DNA of 64,000 nt from Thermoplasmata archaeon. GTDB taxonomy: Archaea > Thermoplasmatota > Thermoplasmata > Lutacidiplasmatales > UBA184. This document shows, piece by piece, positions 55,635 to 64,000 of this stretch. The position numbers were made by a program, and so were the translations under genes. Numbering within the stretch: the stretch's first letter is position 1; each line of letters begins with the position of its first letter. Under the pieces are notes generated by a model. The model was not told where the DNA came from. It made no database searches and saw only the letters and a program-made list of their open reading frames with translations. The stretch covers positions 29,545 to 93,544 of the forward strand of contig JASHTB010000009.1 of assembly GCA_030040775.1 (NCBI GenBank), written 5' to 3'.

Positions 55635-58489
55635 TCCCAGAACGACCGCGTCCGGGCGTAGTGTCGCTCGGCCCGCAGGACCTCGGTGAAGAACGCGTCG
55701 TCGTCCCGATAATGCCGCATCAGGAGGCGGCGGGCGGTCTCGGGTCCGACCCCCCGGGCGGCGAGGGCGTAGAGCGCCCGCTCGCCGTAGTGAGCCAACA
55801 GCTCGGCCGAAGTGTATCCCGCCCGGACGAGGCTCTCCGTTTCACGAGGGAGCGGTCGCTCCCGCGCGCGCTTCCGCCCGCTGTGAGCGGGCTCGAGCCG
55901 GGGGACGGGCCTCCACTTCCTCTTGGCGTACCGGACAAGCCGGTCGATCTCTTCGGTCCGGCGAGGGGAAAGTACGGCGGAGAGCGAGCCGTGACAGAGC
56001 AGACATTGGCTGCCTCCCTCGGTCCGATACCGTCCCGGGGTCGTCGTGCGCACGAAACCGCAGCGAAGGCAGACTAGGACGAGCGGCTCGCTCTCGAGCC
56101 GTTCTCTGACCGCCTTGAGCAACGTGGGGGGTGGGACGTCCGGCACCACCCGCCACTCGAGCCGCTCGAGCGGCCCGTCGCTCAGGGCGGACCGGGCGGT
56201 TGCGACGACCTCGATCGAGCCCGACCGGACCCGCTCGAGGACCTCGGCCCCGTGGTCGACGTCGTACCGGTCGTGGAGGGTTTTGTCGAGGACCTCCTCT
56301 CCGAGGGGGTTCGTGAGGCTCGCCCCGAGCAGAGGCTCGAGCGTGCGAAGGTCGCGGGGGTCGGCCGATTCGGGGATGACCCCGAGCTTACGGGCGACCG
56401 CGAGGAAGACCCATCGGTAGTCGAGTCCGGTGGGCACGAGTCGCTCGACGAGCGGGCGGAGCGACTCCGGCTCGATGCGGAACGCGTCGATCAGGACCGA
56501 CGAGTCGACGGCGACCGGTAGCTCGAGGACGAACCACGTCGGTTCCACGGCAGCGACCTCGACGCGGCCGCCGAGGCGGGCCGTGAGGAGTCCGGCGGTC
56601 GCGAGCGAGAGCGTCTCGTTCGTCCGGGTCCCGAAGCATGCGCCGTACACCACCAGCCGACCGTGGACGGTCACGGTCACCGTTCGGTCGGTCGGCAAAC
56701 CTCCCCCGGCGGACACGCCCGCCCACCGGGCGGCGAGGCGCGCTCGGTCCGCCTCAGAGAGTGGGTAACGGGCGAGGTCAGTCTCTCGTCGGAGGCGACC
56801 GATCTCTTGTGCGACATCGTACGGCACGGGAAGGTCTTCCCCAGCCCATCGTGGCTCCTGGCCGATCTCCTGGACGGTCTCCACGAGCAGTTCCCCCTCC
56901 CGGTACTCCACGACCTTCCAGGTCCGACCGTGCAGGAGGAAGATCTCCTCCGGCTGGGCGAGGATCTGGGTCAGCACGAACCGCTCGTCGAGCGTCCCGA
57001 TGAGCCGTCGGGTGGCGATGTCACGGAGCCGGTAGGTCCGCTCGTCCGGGATGAGCGAGAGGGAGGAGTAGAACCGGTGAAGCGTGCCCCGCCCGGATCG
57101 GAGGCGGGAACCGTCGGCATGCGCGAGCCCGATTGCCCCCAGGTAGTCGATGAGCTCGTCCCAGTCGCGCTCGGTGAGGTCCCGAACGGCGGCCGCGTGC
57201 CCCAGCAGGGAGACGAGCTCTCTGCGGTCGACCGTTCCTTCCGCGCGAAGGATTGCGACCACCTGCTGGGCCGCGGCGAGTCGATTGCGAGTGCGCCAGG
57301 AGACCGGCTCGATCCGACCCTCGTCGGCCCGTCGGGCCAGGACGGCAGCCTCTTCGAGGTCATCGTCGTCGAGCGCGAGGACCGTTCCGTGGATGGTCCG
57401 GTCGAGCCGATGACCCGAGCGACCGACGCGTTGGACGAGGCGACCGACCTGATGGGGCGAGCCGAACTGGACGACGTGGTCGACCGAGCCGATGTCGATC
57501 CCGAGCTCGAGAGAGGAGGTCGCGACCAGGGCCCGGAGGCTCCCCTCACGGAACGCTCGCTCGGCGTCCTCGCGAACCTCCCGCGAGAGCGAACCGTGGT
57601 GAACGGCCACCGAGAGGTCCGGGGCGAGCCGGTGCAGTCGAGCGCCGATCCCCTCGGCGGTCCGGCGCGTGTTGACGAAGACGAGGGTGGTCCGGTGTTC
57701 GCGTATCTCCTCCTCGACCTGCCGTAGGCCGCTCAGGAGGACGGGGTCCGCCTTGAGCTCCTGCACGAGAGCGGGGGCCAGCGGCGGGCGGTCCTCCTTC
57801 GGACGTTGGGCGGTGAGCTCGAGCGCCCTTCGCTGACGAGCCACCCTCACCTCGATCGTTCGAGGACGAGGCGAGAGGAACTGCGCCACCTCCTCCGGAT
57901 TGCCGACCGTCGCCGAAAGACCTACTCGACGGACCCGGGTTCCCACGAGCGCATCGAGACGTTCCAGAGTGAGGGCTAGCTGGGCGCCGCGGTCGGAGCC
58001 GACGAGCTCGTGAACCTCGTCCACCACGACCGTGCGGACGTGCTCGAGCGCCTTCCGCAGAAGGCGTCCCACGAGGAGCAGCTGGAAGGTTTCGGGGGTG
58101 GTCAGAAGAAGGTCCGGAGGGCGCCGGGACTGGGCGGCTCGGACGGCGAGCGGAGTATCGCCGTGTCGCACCGCCGCCACGAGTCCGACCTCCCGGGCCA
58201 GTGACACGAGCCGATGCTCGAGGTCCCGGTTGAGGGCTCTCAGCGGAGTGACGTAGAGGATCGAGATCGGGGGTGTCGGGTTCGAGAGCCGCTGGGACAG
58301 GAGCGGGAGGAGCGCTGCTTCGGTCTTCCCGGTGCCGGTGGGAGAGAGCAACAGCGCGTCGGCCTCCCCTTCGAGGAGGGGGATCGCCAACCGCTGGATC
58401 TCGGTAGGCTCCCGGATATCCCGACGGCCGATCGCCTCGGCCAGGCGTCGGTGAATCCGTTCGAACACGGACGCTGAGGGGCTCGCCAT
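55631..58489 (-). CDS. Lhr-family SF2 helicase with C-terminal Zn ribbon
   Basis: PTGTGKTEAA, YVTPLRALNRD, DEVH, SAT, HHGSLS, QRVGRSGH; CLRC...CLLC; ARGVGP. Confidence 0.95.
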   Translation of the reverse strand: MASPSASVFERIHRRLAEAIGRRDIREPTEIQRLAIPLLEGEADALLLSPTGTGKTEAALLPLLSQRLSNPTPPISILYVTPLRALNRDLEHRLVSLAREVGLVAAVRHGDTPLAVRAAQSRRPPDLLLTTPETFQLLLVGRLLRKALEHVRTVVVDEVHELVGSDRGAQLALTLERLDALVGTRVRRVGLSATVGNPEEVAQFLSPRPRTIEVRVARQRRALELTAQRPKEDRPPLAPALVQELKADPVLLSGLRQVEEEIREHRTTLVFVNTRRTAEGIGARLHRLAPDLSVAVHHGSLSREVREDAERAFREGSLRALVATSSLELGIDIGSVDHVVQFGSPHQVGRLVQRVGRSGHRLDRTIHGTVLALDDDDLEEAAVLARRADEGRIEPVSWRTRNRLAAAQQVVAILRAEGTVDRRELVSLLGHAAAVRDLTERDWDELIDYLGAIGLAHADGSRLRSGRGTLHRFYSSLSLIPDERTYRLRDIATRRLIGTLDERFVLTQILAQPEEIFLLHGRTWKVVEYREGELLVETVQEIGQEPRWAGEDLPVPYDVAQEIGRLRRETDLARYPLSEADRARLAARWAGVSAGGGLPTDRTVTVTVHGRLVVYGACFGTRTNETLSLATAGLLTARLGGRVEVAAVEPTWFVLELPVAVDSSVLIDAFRIEPESLRPLVERLVPTGLDYRWVFLAVARKLGVIPESADPRDLRTLEPLLGASLTNPLGEEVLDKTLHDRYDVDHGAEVLERVRSGSIEVVATARSALSDGPLERLEWRVVPDVPPPTLLKAVRERLESEPLVLVCLRCGFVRTTTPGRYRTEGGSQCLLCHGSLSAVLSPRRTEEIDRLVRYAKRKWRPVPRLEPAHSGRKRARERPLPRETESLVRAGYTSAELLAHYGERALYALAARGVGPETARRLLMRHYRDDDAFFTEVLRAERHYARTRSFWD

Positions 58490-58544
58490 GGTCGGAGCGA
58501 GAAGAACAGAGGCCGAACGGAAAGGCGTGTCGGCTTCCTAAGGA

Positions 58545-58982
58545 CTAGGGCAGGGAGCCAGGCTCGAGGTCGAGCATCCGAAGCCCGAAGCTCTCGACCA
58601 TCGGTCGTCCAAAGATACGACCCGGGAACGCCTCGACGACGACCTCCTGGAGGACCCCGACCGTCGCCCGCATCAGGTGTCCCCCGACCAGTTGGTGGTC
58701 GGGCCCGGCGAGCGCCGCATGGAGGTGGAGCGAGGGAGCGCCGTCGGCCCGCGCAATCGAGCCGTGAAGCGCGACGACCTCGTGGGGCTCGGTCAGGTCC
58801 CGGGGTCGGTACTGGCTCCCGTCCCAATAGCCGATGGTCGCGCGACGAAACATGCCGATCCCCGAGACGATGGCCGCCGCCCCTATCGACTCGCGCCGGG
58901 CCCAGTCCGCGAGCGTCTCGAACAGGTCCTGCCCATCGTCGAGGCGGAGCATCCACCGGTTCCCCTCACGCACGGTCTGCAT
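58545..58982 (-). CDS. PPC-domain (DUF296) protein
   Basis: LRLDDGQDL, GIG, EVVALHGSI, HLHAA, GGHL. Confidence 0.9.
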   Translation of the reverse strand: MQTVREGNRWMLRLDDGQDLFETLADWARRESIGAAAIVSGIGMFRRATIGYWDGSQYRPRDLTEPHEVVALHGSIARADGAPSLHLHAALAGPDHQLVGGHLMRATVGVLQEVVVEAFPGRIFGRPMVESFGLRMLDLEPGSLP

Positions 58983-59058
58983 CGAGGACCCGAGACAAGC
59001 CGGCGGTATGGAAGTTGCGCGCAAAGGGTAACTGCCGAGCCTGCTCTCACGTCGGCCC

Positions 59059-59889
59059 ATGCTCGCGCGCCCGGACAGCCTCTTCGCCCGGAGGTCGGAA
59101 GAGGAGGTCGTCTCCCACCTCCGGGCGGCAGGGCCAGCCCTGGTCGCTCTCTCGGGTGGGGTCGACTCGTCGGTCGTGGCGGCCCTCGCGCACGACGCGC
59201 TCGGAGACGAGTCCGTGGCCGTCACGCTGGCGGGACCCGCGGTCGCCGAACGCGAAGTAGACCGAGCTCGGACGGTCGCGCGGGGGATAGGAATATCGCA
59301 CATCGTGCTGGAAGTCGACCCTCTCCAGCGGGCTGAATACCGGGCGAATCCGCCGAACCGGTGCTACTTCTGCCGTTCGGTGGAGAGCGAGAGACTCGTC
59401 CGGTTCGGGAGGACCCGCTCCGTTCAGCAGCTCCTCGACGGAATCCACCTGGACGACCTGTCCGAAGAGCGCCCGGGCCTCCGGGCGATGAACGAGGCCG
59501 GGTTTGCTCACCCTCTCGCGTGGGCCGGCTGGACGAAGGCGGACGTTCGAGCGGCCGCCCGCGCCCGCCGGCTTCCGAACGCTGAACAGCCGGCAGATGC
59601 GTGTCTCGCCTCTCGGATCGCCCACGGGGACGCGATCACGGCTGGACTTCTCGAGCGGGTCGAGGCGGCTGAGGCCGTCCTTCTCGACCGGGGCTTTCGC
59701 CGGGTGCGAGTGAGGGTTCGGGGGAACGATGCTCGGATCGAGGTAGACCCGGAGGAAGTCTCTCGACTGGTCGCGGGTCCGTTCGCCGCCGAGGTCGAGC
59801 GACGCCTCCGCGCGCTCGGGTTCGACCGAGTGTCGGTCGACCCCGACGGCTATCATGGCGGAGTACGACACGAGGGGGCTTCGCGGTGA
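59059..59889 (+). CDS. larE: LarE-like PP-loop sulfur transferase
   Basis: SGGVDSS, NRCYFC, RPGLRA, CLASR, RVR. Confidence 0.9.
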   Translation: MLARPDSLFARRSEEEVVSHLRAAGPALVALSGGVDSSVVAALAHDALGDESVAVTLAGPAVAEREVDRARTVARGIGISHIVLEVDPLQRAEYRANPPNRCYFCRSVESERLVRFGRTRSVQQLLDGIHLDDLSEERPGLRAMNEAGFAHPLAWAGWTKADVRAAARARRLPNAEQPADACLASRIAHGDAITAGLLERVEAAEAVLLDRGFRRVRVRVRGNDARIEVDPEEVSRLVAGPFAAEVERRLRALGFDRVSVDPDGYHGGVRHEGASR

Positions 59890-61931
59890 GCGCGACCGCC
59901 CCCAGCACGGCCTCGACCCGGACGCTTCCCGGCCGATTCGAGCTGGAGACCGACCTCGTCCCTCAAGGAGACCAGCCCCAAGCCATCGACGGGGTCGTGC
60001 GGAGAGTCGAGCGCGGCGAGAAGTACGTGACCCTCCTCGGAGTCACCGGTAGCGGCAAGACGTTCACGATGGCCCACGCGGTATCACGTCTCCAGCGGCC
60101 GGCCCTGGTCGTCAGCCCGAACAAGACGCTCGCCGCCCAGCTCGTGAGCGAGTTCCGCGCCCTGTTCCCCCGCAACGCCGTCGAGTACTTCGTGAGCTAC
60201 TACGACTACTATCAACCCGAAGCGTACGTCCCGCAGATCGACCTCTACATCGAAAAGGACGCCTCGATCAACGAGGAGATCGACCGGTTGCGTCACCGGG
60301 CGACGCAGGCGCTCCTCACGCGACGGGACGTTCTGATCGTGGCCTCGGTCAGCTGCATCTTCGGCCTCGGCTCTCCCGAGGACTACCGGGCCTCGGTGGT
60401 CGACCTCTCGGTCGGTCAGACGATCTCCCGACAGTCGCTCCTCGAGCAGCTCGTTCGGATGAAGTACGCTCGCAACGACTACGAGCTCAAGCGGGGCCGT
60501 TTCCGCGTGCGCGGGGGAACCATCGACGTGATGGGGGCCGGCGAATCGGTCCATCGCATCATCCTGGACGGAAGTCGGGTGACCACGGTGGTCGAGCTCG
60601 ACCCGGTCACGGGGGAGGAACGGCGAGAGCTCCCGGGCCTCGCGATCTTCCCGGCCACCCACTTCCTGACCGTCGACGAGCGGCTCCGAGGCATCGTCTC
60701 GGAGATCGAGAAGGAACGGGACGTCCGGGTGGCCGAACTTGAACGGAAGGAGAAGATCGTCGAGGCGCAGCGCCTCAAGGGCCGGGTCGACTACGACCTC
60801 GAGATGATCCGAGAGACCGGCTACTGCTCGGGCATCGAGAACTACGCACGGTACTTCTCCGGACGTAAGCCGGGGGAACCCCCCTACACGCTCCTCGACT
60901 TCTTCCCGGACGACCTGTTGGTCTTCCTGGACGAGTCGCACGTCACGATCCCTCAGCTCCAGGGCATGTACAAGGGCGACAAGAGTCGCAAGGACAACCT
61001 GGTCGAGTTCGGCTGGCGCCTCCCGTCCTGTCGGGACAATCGGCCCTTGAAGTTCCCCGAGTTCCTCGAGCGGGTTCCCCAGGCGGTCTTTGTTTCGGCC
61101 ACCCCGGGCCCGTTCGAGAGGAAGGCATCGAAGGGACTGGTCGAGCAGATCATCCGGCCGACCGGTCTGGTCGACCCGCCGATCGAGGTCCGGCCGCTCG
61201 AGGGGCACATCGCGGACCTCATCCGGGAGCTTCGAGGTTGCACGGAGCGGGGGGAGCGCGCCCTGGTCACGACCCTGACGAAGGCGACGAGCGAGGAGCT
61301 CTCGAGCTATCTCGCGAACGTGGGGCTCAAGGTCCGCTACCTTCACTCGGAGGTCGAGACCCTGAAGCGGGTCGAGATCCTGCGCGACCTGCGTCTCGGC
61401 CGGTTCGACGTCCTGGTCGGCATCAACCTCCTCCGGGAGGGCCTCGACCTTCCCGAGGTGAGCTTCGTCGCCATCCTGGATGCCGACAAGGAAGGCTACC
61501 TAAGGAGCGAGACGTCGATCATCCAAACCGCCGGGCGGGCCAGCCGCAACGTCTCGGGCCGGGTCGTCCTCTACGCCGACCGAACGACCGGCTCCATGCA
61601 GCGGGCGATCCGGGAGATGGCCCGCCGTCGGGAGTCGCAGGTCGAGTTCAACCGCGCGCACGGGGTCGTCCCCGAGAGCGTGCGCAAGGAGGTGCGCGCC
61701 CTCCTGGGTCCCGAGGAGGCGGCCCCGTCCGGGGAGCTCTCGACCTCAGGCCTCGGAAAGTACTGGAAGGACCGGCTCCCGCTGCTCCTCGCGAACCTGG
61801 AAGAGGAGATGCGGCTCGCGGCCGAGCAGCTCGACTTCGAAGAGGCGGCGCGGATCCGCGACCGGATCCGGGAGATCCGTCGGTCGTCCGCGGAGCGCCT
61901 CCCCCGAAGACCCGCCGCCGCTGCGTCATAA
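59886..61931 (+). CDS. uvrB: Excinuclease ABC subunit B
   Basis: GDQPQAI, GVTGSGKTFT, FVSYYDYYQPEAY, DESH, GINLLREGLDLPEV; C-terminal UVR domain. Confidence 0.98.
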   Translation: MSATAPSTASTRTLPGRFELETDLVPQGDQPQAIDGVVRRVERGEKYVTLLGVTGSGKTFTMAHAVSRLQRPALVVSPNKTLAAQLVSEFRALFPRNAVEYFVSYYDYYQPEAYVPQIDLYIEKDASINEEIDRLRHRATQALLTRRDVLIVASVSCIFGLGSPEDYRASVVDLSVGQTISRQSLLEQLVRMKYARNDYELKRGRFRVRGGTIDVMGAGESVHRIILDGSRVTTVVELDPVTGEERRELPGLAIFPATHFLTVDERLRGIVSEIEKERDVRVAELERKEKIVEAQRLKGRVDYDLEMIRETGYCSGIENYARYFSGRKPGEPPYTLLDFFPDDLLVFLDESHVTIPQLQGMYKGDKSRKDNLVEFGWRLPSCRDNRPLKFPEFLERVPQAVFVSATPGPFERKASKGLVEQIIRPTGLVDPPIEVRPLEGHIADLIRELRGCTERGERALVTTLTKATSEELSSYLANVGLKVRYLHSEVETLKRVEILRDLRLGRFDVLVGINLLREGLDLPEVSFVAILDADKEGYLRSETSIIQTAGRASRNVSGRVVLYADRTTGSMQRAIREMARRRESQVEFNRAHGVVPESVRKEVRALLGPEEAAPSGELSTSGLGKYWKDRLPLLLANLEEEMRLAAEQLDFEEAARIRDRIREIRRSSAERLPRRPAAAAS

Positions 61932-61986
61932 ACGGGCTTTGACGGGGCCTGCAAAGGCCCTTTAGCGACCGGCACCTGCCGGCATC

Positions 61987-62841
61987 GTGCCTTCGGGGTC
62001 GGCTCGAGCCCGTCCGAGAGAAGGGCTCTCGGAACTGCGTCGAAGCGGAGCCGTTACCGAGCTTCTGTTCCTCTACGAGTGCGCGACCCGCGGGCCGACC
62101 CAGCTCCGTCCGATGGCCGAGCGCCTCGGCCTCACCGTCCAGGCGGCCTCCCACTCGTTCCGTCAGCTCGCACGCCGCGGGCTCGTCGAGGTGCGGGACG
62201 GGAGGTACCGGCCGACGGTCGAAGGGGTTGCCTGGCTCCACGAGAGCCTGCGCCGACTCGTCGACGACGTGCGAGGGCGGGTCGACCGCTTGCACGTGAT
62301 CCGTTCGACCCGGGCTGTCGCCCTCGCCGACCTCCGGGCCGGCACAACCGTCTCCCTCGAGGTCGAGGACGGCGTGCTGTCGGCGAGACCGGCCGCCTCC
62401 GGCCCCTCCCGAGGCCGGGTGACGCGCGCCGCCCGCGCCGGCTCGCTGGTGGAGGTCGAGGACCTCGAGGGGATCACGCCGCTCGAGGTCGCTCCGGTCC
62501 GGGTGCGGACGCTCTCGGAGCCCGACCTCGCCGACCCCGAACTCTCTCGCCGACTCGCTCGCGAGGTCTCGGGTACGAAAGGGTTTGTCGGCGCCCAGGG
62601 CCTCGAGGCGTTTCACTCGCTCTCCCGCGCGACCCAGCGACCGGTGGCTCGCTTCGGTGTCGCCGCCGCGAGCCTGGAGGCGGCGCGCCTCGGGGTCCCG
62701 AGCCTGGTGGTGGTCCGGGACCGTGACCTACCTCAGTTGCTCGCCGCGTTCGCCGTGGCGAATCCCCCCCCTCTCGAGGTACGTCCGCTCGCCTCAACTC
62801 GCGGGAGCTACCCGGGCCGCCGGCGGCGTCGCGGGCGGTGA
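61987..62841 (+). CDS. Winged-helix (MarR-like) transcriptional regulator with C-terminal ligand domain
   Basis: MAERLGLTVQAASHSFRQL, GRY..T.EG, ASLEAARLG. Confidence 0.82.
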   Translation: MPSGSARARPREGLSELRRSGAVTELLFLYECATRGPTQLRPMAERLGLTVQAASHSFRQLARRGLVEVRDGRYRPTVEGVAWLHESLRRLVDDVRGRVDRLHVIRSTRAVALADLRAGTTVSLEVEDGVLSARPAASGPSRGRVTRAARAGSLVEVEDLEGITPLEVAPVRVRTLSEPDLADPELSRRLAREVSGTKGFVGAQGLEAFHSLSRATQRPVARFGVAAASLEAARLGVPSLVVVRDRDLPQLLAAFAVANPPPLEVRPLASTRGSYPGRRRRRGR

Positions 62842-64000
62842 CGAGAACAGCCGTCCGAGCCCTTCGCTCATCCCGTCGAATCCGTCCACCTCGGTCGCCC
62901 CAGCTGCGACGAGGTCGCGCCAGGCGACTTCCCCCCGTCCGTCGCAGAAGTCCCGTTCTTGGATCGGAGGAGTCCGGAAGAGAAACGTCGGAACGCGAGG
63001 GACGAACGGTCGCACGTCCTCGAGGTTCGCGAGGTTGGACGGCCCGACCGCGAAGGGGGCGACGACGATGGCCCGGGCGGCTTCGAGAAGGAGACGGTTC
63101 TGGCTGCGCGCCTTCGGACCGATCGGCGCGAACGGACTCTCGAGGGCGGTAGGGAGTGCGAGGGAGGCGGCGGTCTCCTGGTCGGAGTCCAAAAGGTGGA
63201 GGACCCCGGCGGTGAGGCGATAGCCCTCGTCCGCGAGCGCACGGAGGATGGGCGTGGCGGCCCCTCCTCCCCCGACGACGTGGACCGGGCCCACGAACGG
63301 CGAGGTCGGTGAGCGTGGCCGGTCGACCGAGAGCTCTCGAGGGACGAGGTAGGGAAGACCGGTGCGCCGGTCGAGTTCTAGGTCGGCGACGACCCCCCAA
63401 ACCCGGGCGAGCAGCTCTTCGGAAAGGACTCCCGAAGGTGTTCCATCCGCGACCCGGCGTCCGTGGGAGAGAACGACGATCCGATCCGCGAAGCGAGCGG
63501 CGAGGTTGAGGTCGTGCAGGGCCGCGACGACCGCGACCCGGCGGGTCCGGGAGAGCGAGCGGACCCGATCCAGTAGGTCGAGCTGATGACCGATGTCGAG
63601 GTGGGTCGTCGGCTCGTCCAGCAAGAGGAGCGGGGTCGACTGGGCGAGGGCTCGTGCCAGGATTGCCCGCTGTCGCTCACCGCCGCTGAGAGAGAGGACA
63701 CCGTCCTCGGACCTATCGGCGAGACCTACCTCCTTCAGGACCCGTCGCACGACCGCGTGGTCCTCTTGCGTCTCGGCGTCCAGGGGGCCGTGAAACGGAA
63801 AACGGCCGTAGAGCACGTAGTCGTAAAGGCGGACGTTGTCGCGCGGGCTCTCGGTCTGGGGCACCCAAGCGACCTTGAGCGCCCGCTCCCTCGCGGAAAG
63901 GTCCGCCGTAGGCCGGCCGAACAGCTCGATCGAACCCTGAGCCGGATCATGGAAGCCGAGGACGGCTCTCAGGACGGTCGTCTTCCCCGAGCCGTTCGGA
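62794..64000 (-). CDS. ABC transporter ATP-binding protein (cobalamin/Fe-siderophore type), 5' truncated by the window edge
   Basis: PNGSGKTT at the window edge; LSGGERQR, LLLDEPT, LHDLNLAA; extra C-terminal domain. Confidence 0.92.
   Translation of the reverse strand, partial: PNGSGKTTVLRAVLGFHDPAQGSIELFGRPTADLSARERALKVAWVPQTESPRDNVRLYDYVLYGRFPFHGPLDAETQEDHAVVRRVLKEVGLADRSEDGVLSLSGGERQRAILARALAQSTPLLLLDEPTTHLDIGHQLDLLDRVRSLSRTRRVAVVAALHDLNLAARFADRIVVLSHGRRVADGTPSGVLSEELLARVWGVVADLELDRRTGLPYLVPRELSVDRPRSPTSPFVGPVHVVGGGGAATPILRALADEGYRLTAGVLHLLDSDQETAASLALPTALESPFAPIGPKARSQNRLLLEAARAIVVAPFAVGPSNLANLEDVRPFVPRVPTFLFRTPPIQERDFCDGRGEVAWRDLVAAGATEVDGFDGMSEGLGRLFSSPPATPPAARVAPAS

Noticed and set aside
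27601-58489. Inteins in PolB or Lhr; mobile or defence elements
   Set aside because: Protein lengths are normal, and no intein, transposase, integrase or composition-shift signal was seen.
104-63950. Many long alternative-frame and antisense ORFs (e.g. 456-2234, 28067-29797, 32323-34074, 47641-49539, 50217-52547)
   Set aside because: Shadow ORFs expected at about 70% GC; they overlap well-supported genes and lack recognisable motifs.

Overview
A high-GC (about 70%), gene-dense stretch of archaeal core chromosome. Gene content and synteny point to Thermoplasmata (inference): exosome/proteasome superoperon, rps12-rps7-aEF-2, PolB, RadB, Trm1, Lhr, bacterial-type UvrB, heme O/A synthases, non-phosphorylative Entner-Doudoroff genes and OFOR. 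I find about 60 CDSs, one tRNA-Pro(GGG), and many TTAA/TATA boxes 22-27 nt upstream of start codons (leaderless transcription). I see no CRISPR array, transposase or integrase. The most interesting signals are non-coding or sub-gene. (1) A two-hairpin H/ACA-like RNA just after the polB stop has internal loops complementary to both loops (A1067 and A1095) of the 23S rRNA GTPase-associated centre. (2) A cluster of ACCTACTAC-N5-GTAGTAGGT palindromes lies between the convergent aEF-2 and ogt genes. (3) The aEF-2 has lost both conserved monovalent-cation ligands (AHIHHGKTT, RLLTI). (4) Three housekeeping genes appear to start at non-canonical codons (ACG, CTG, CTG). All calls come from reading the sequence by eye; no searches were run.
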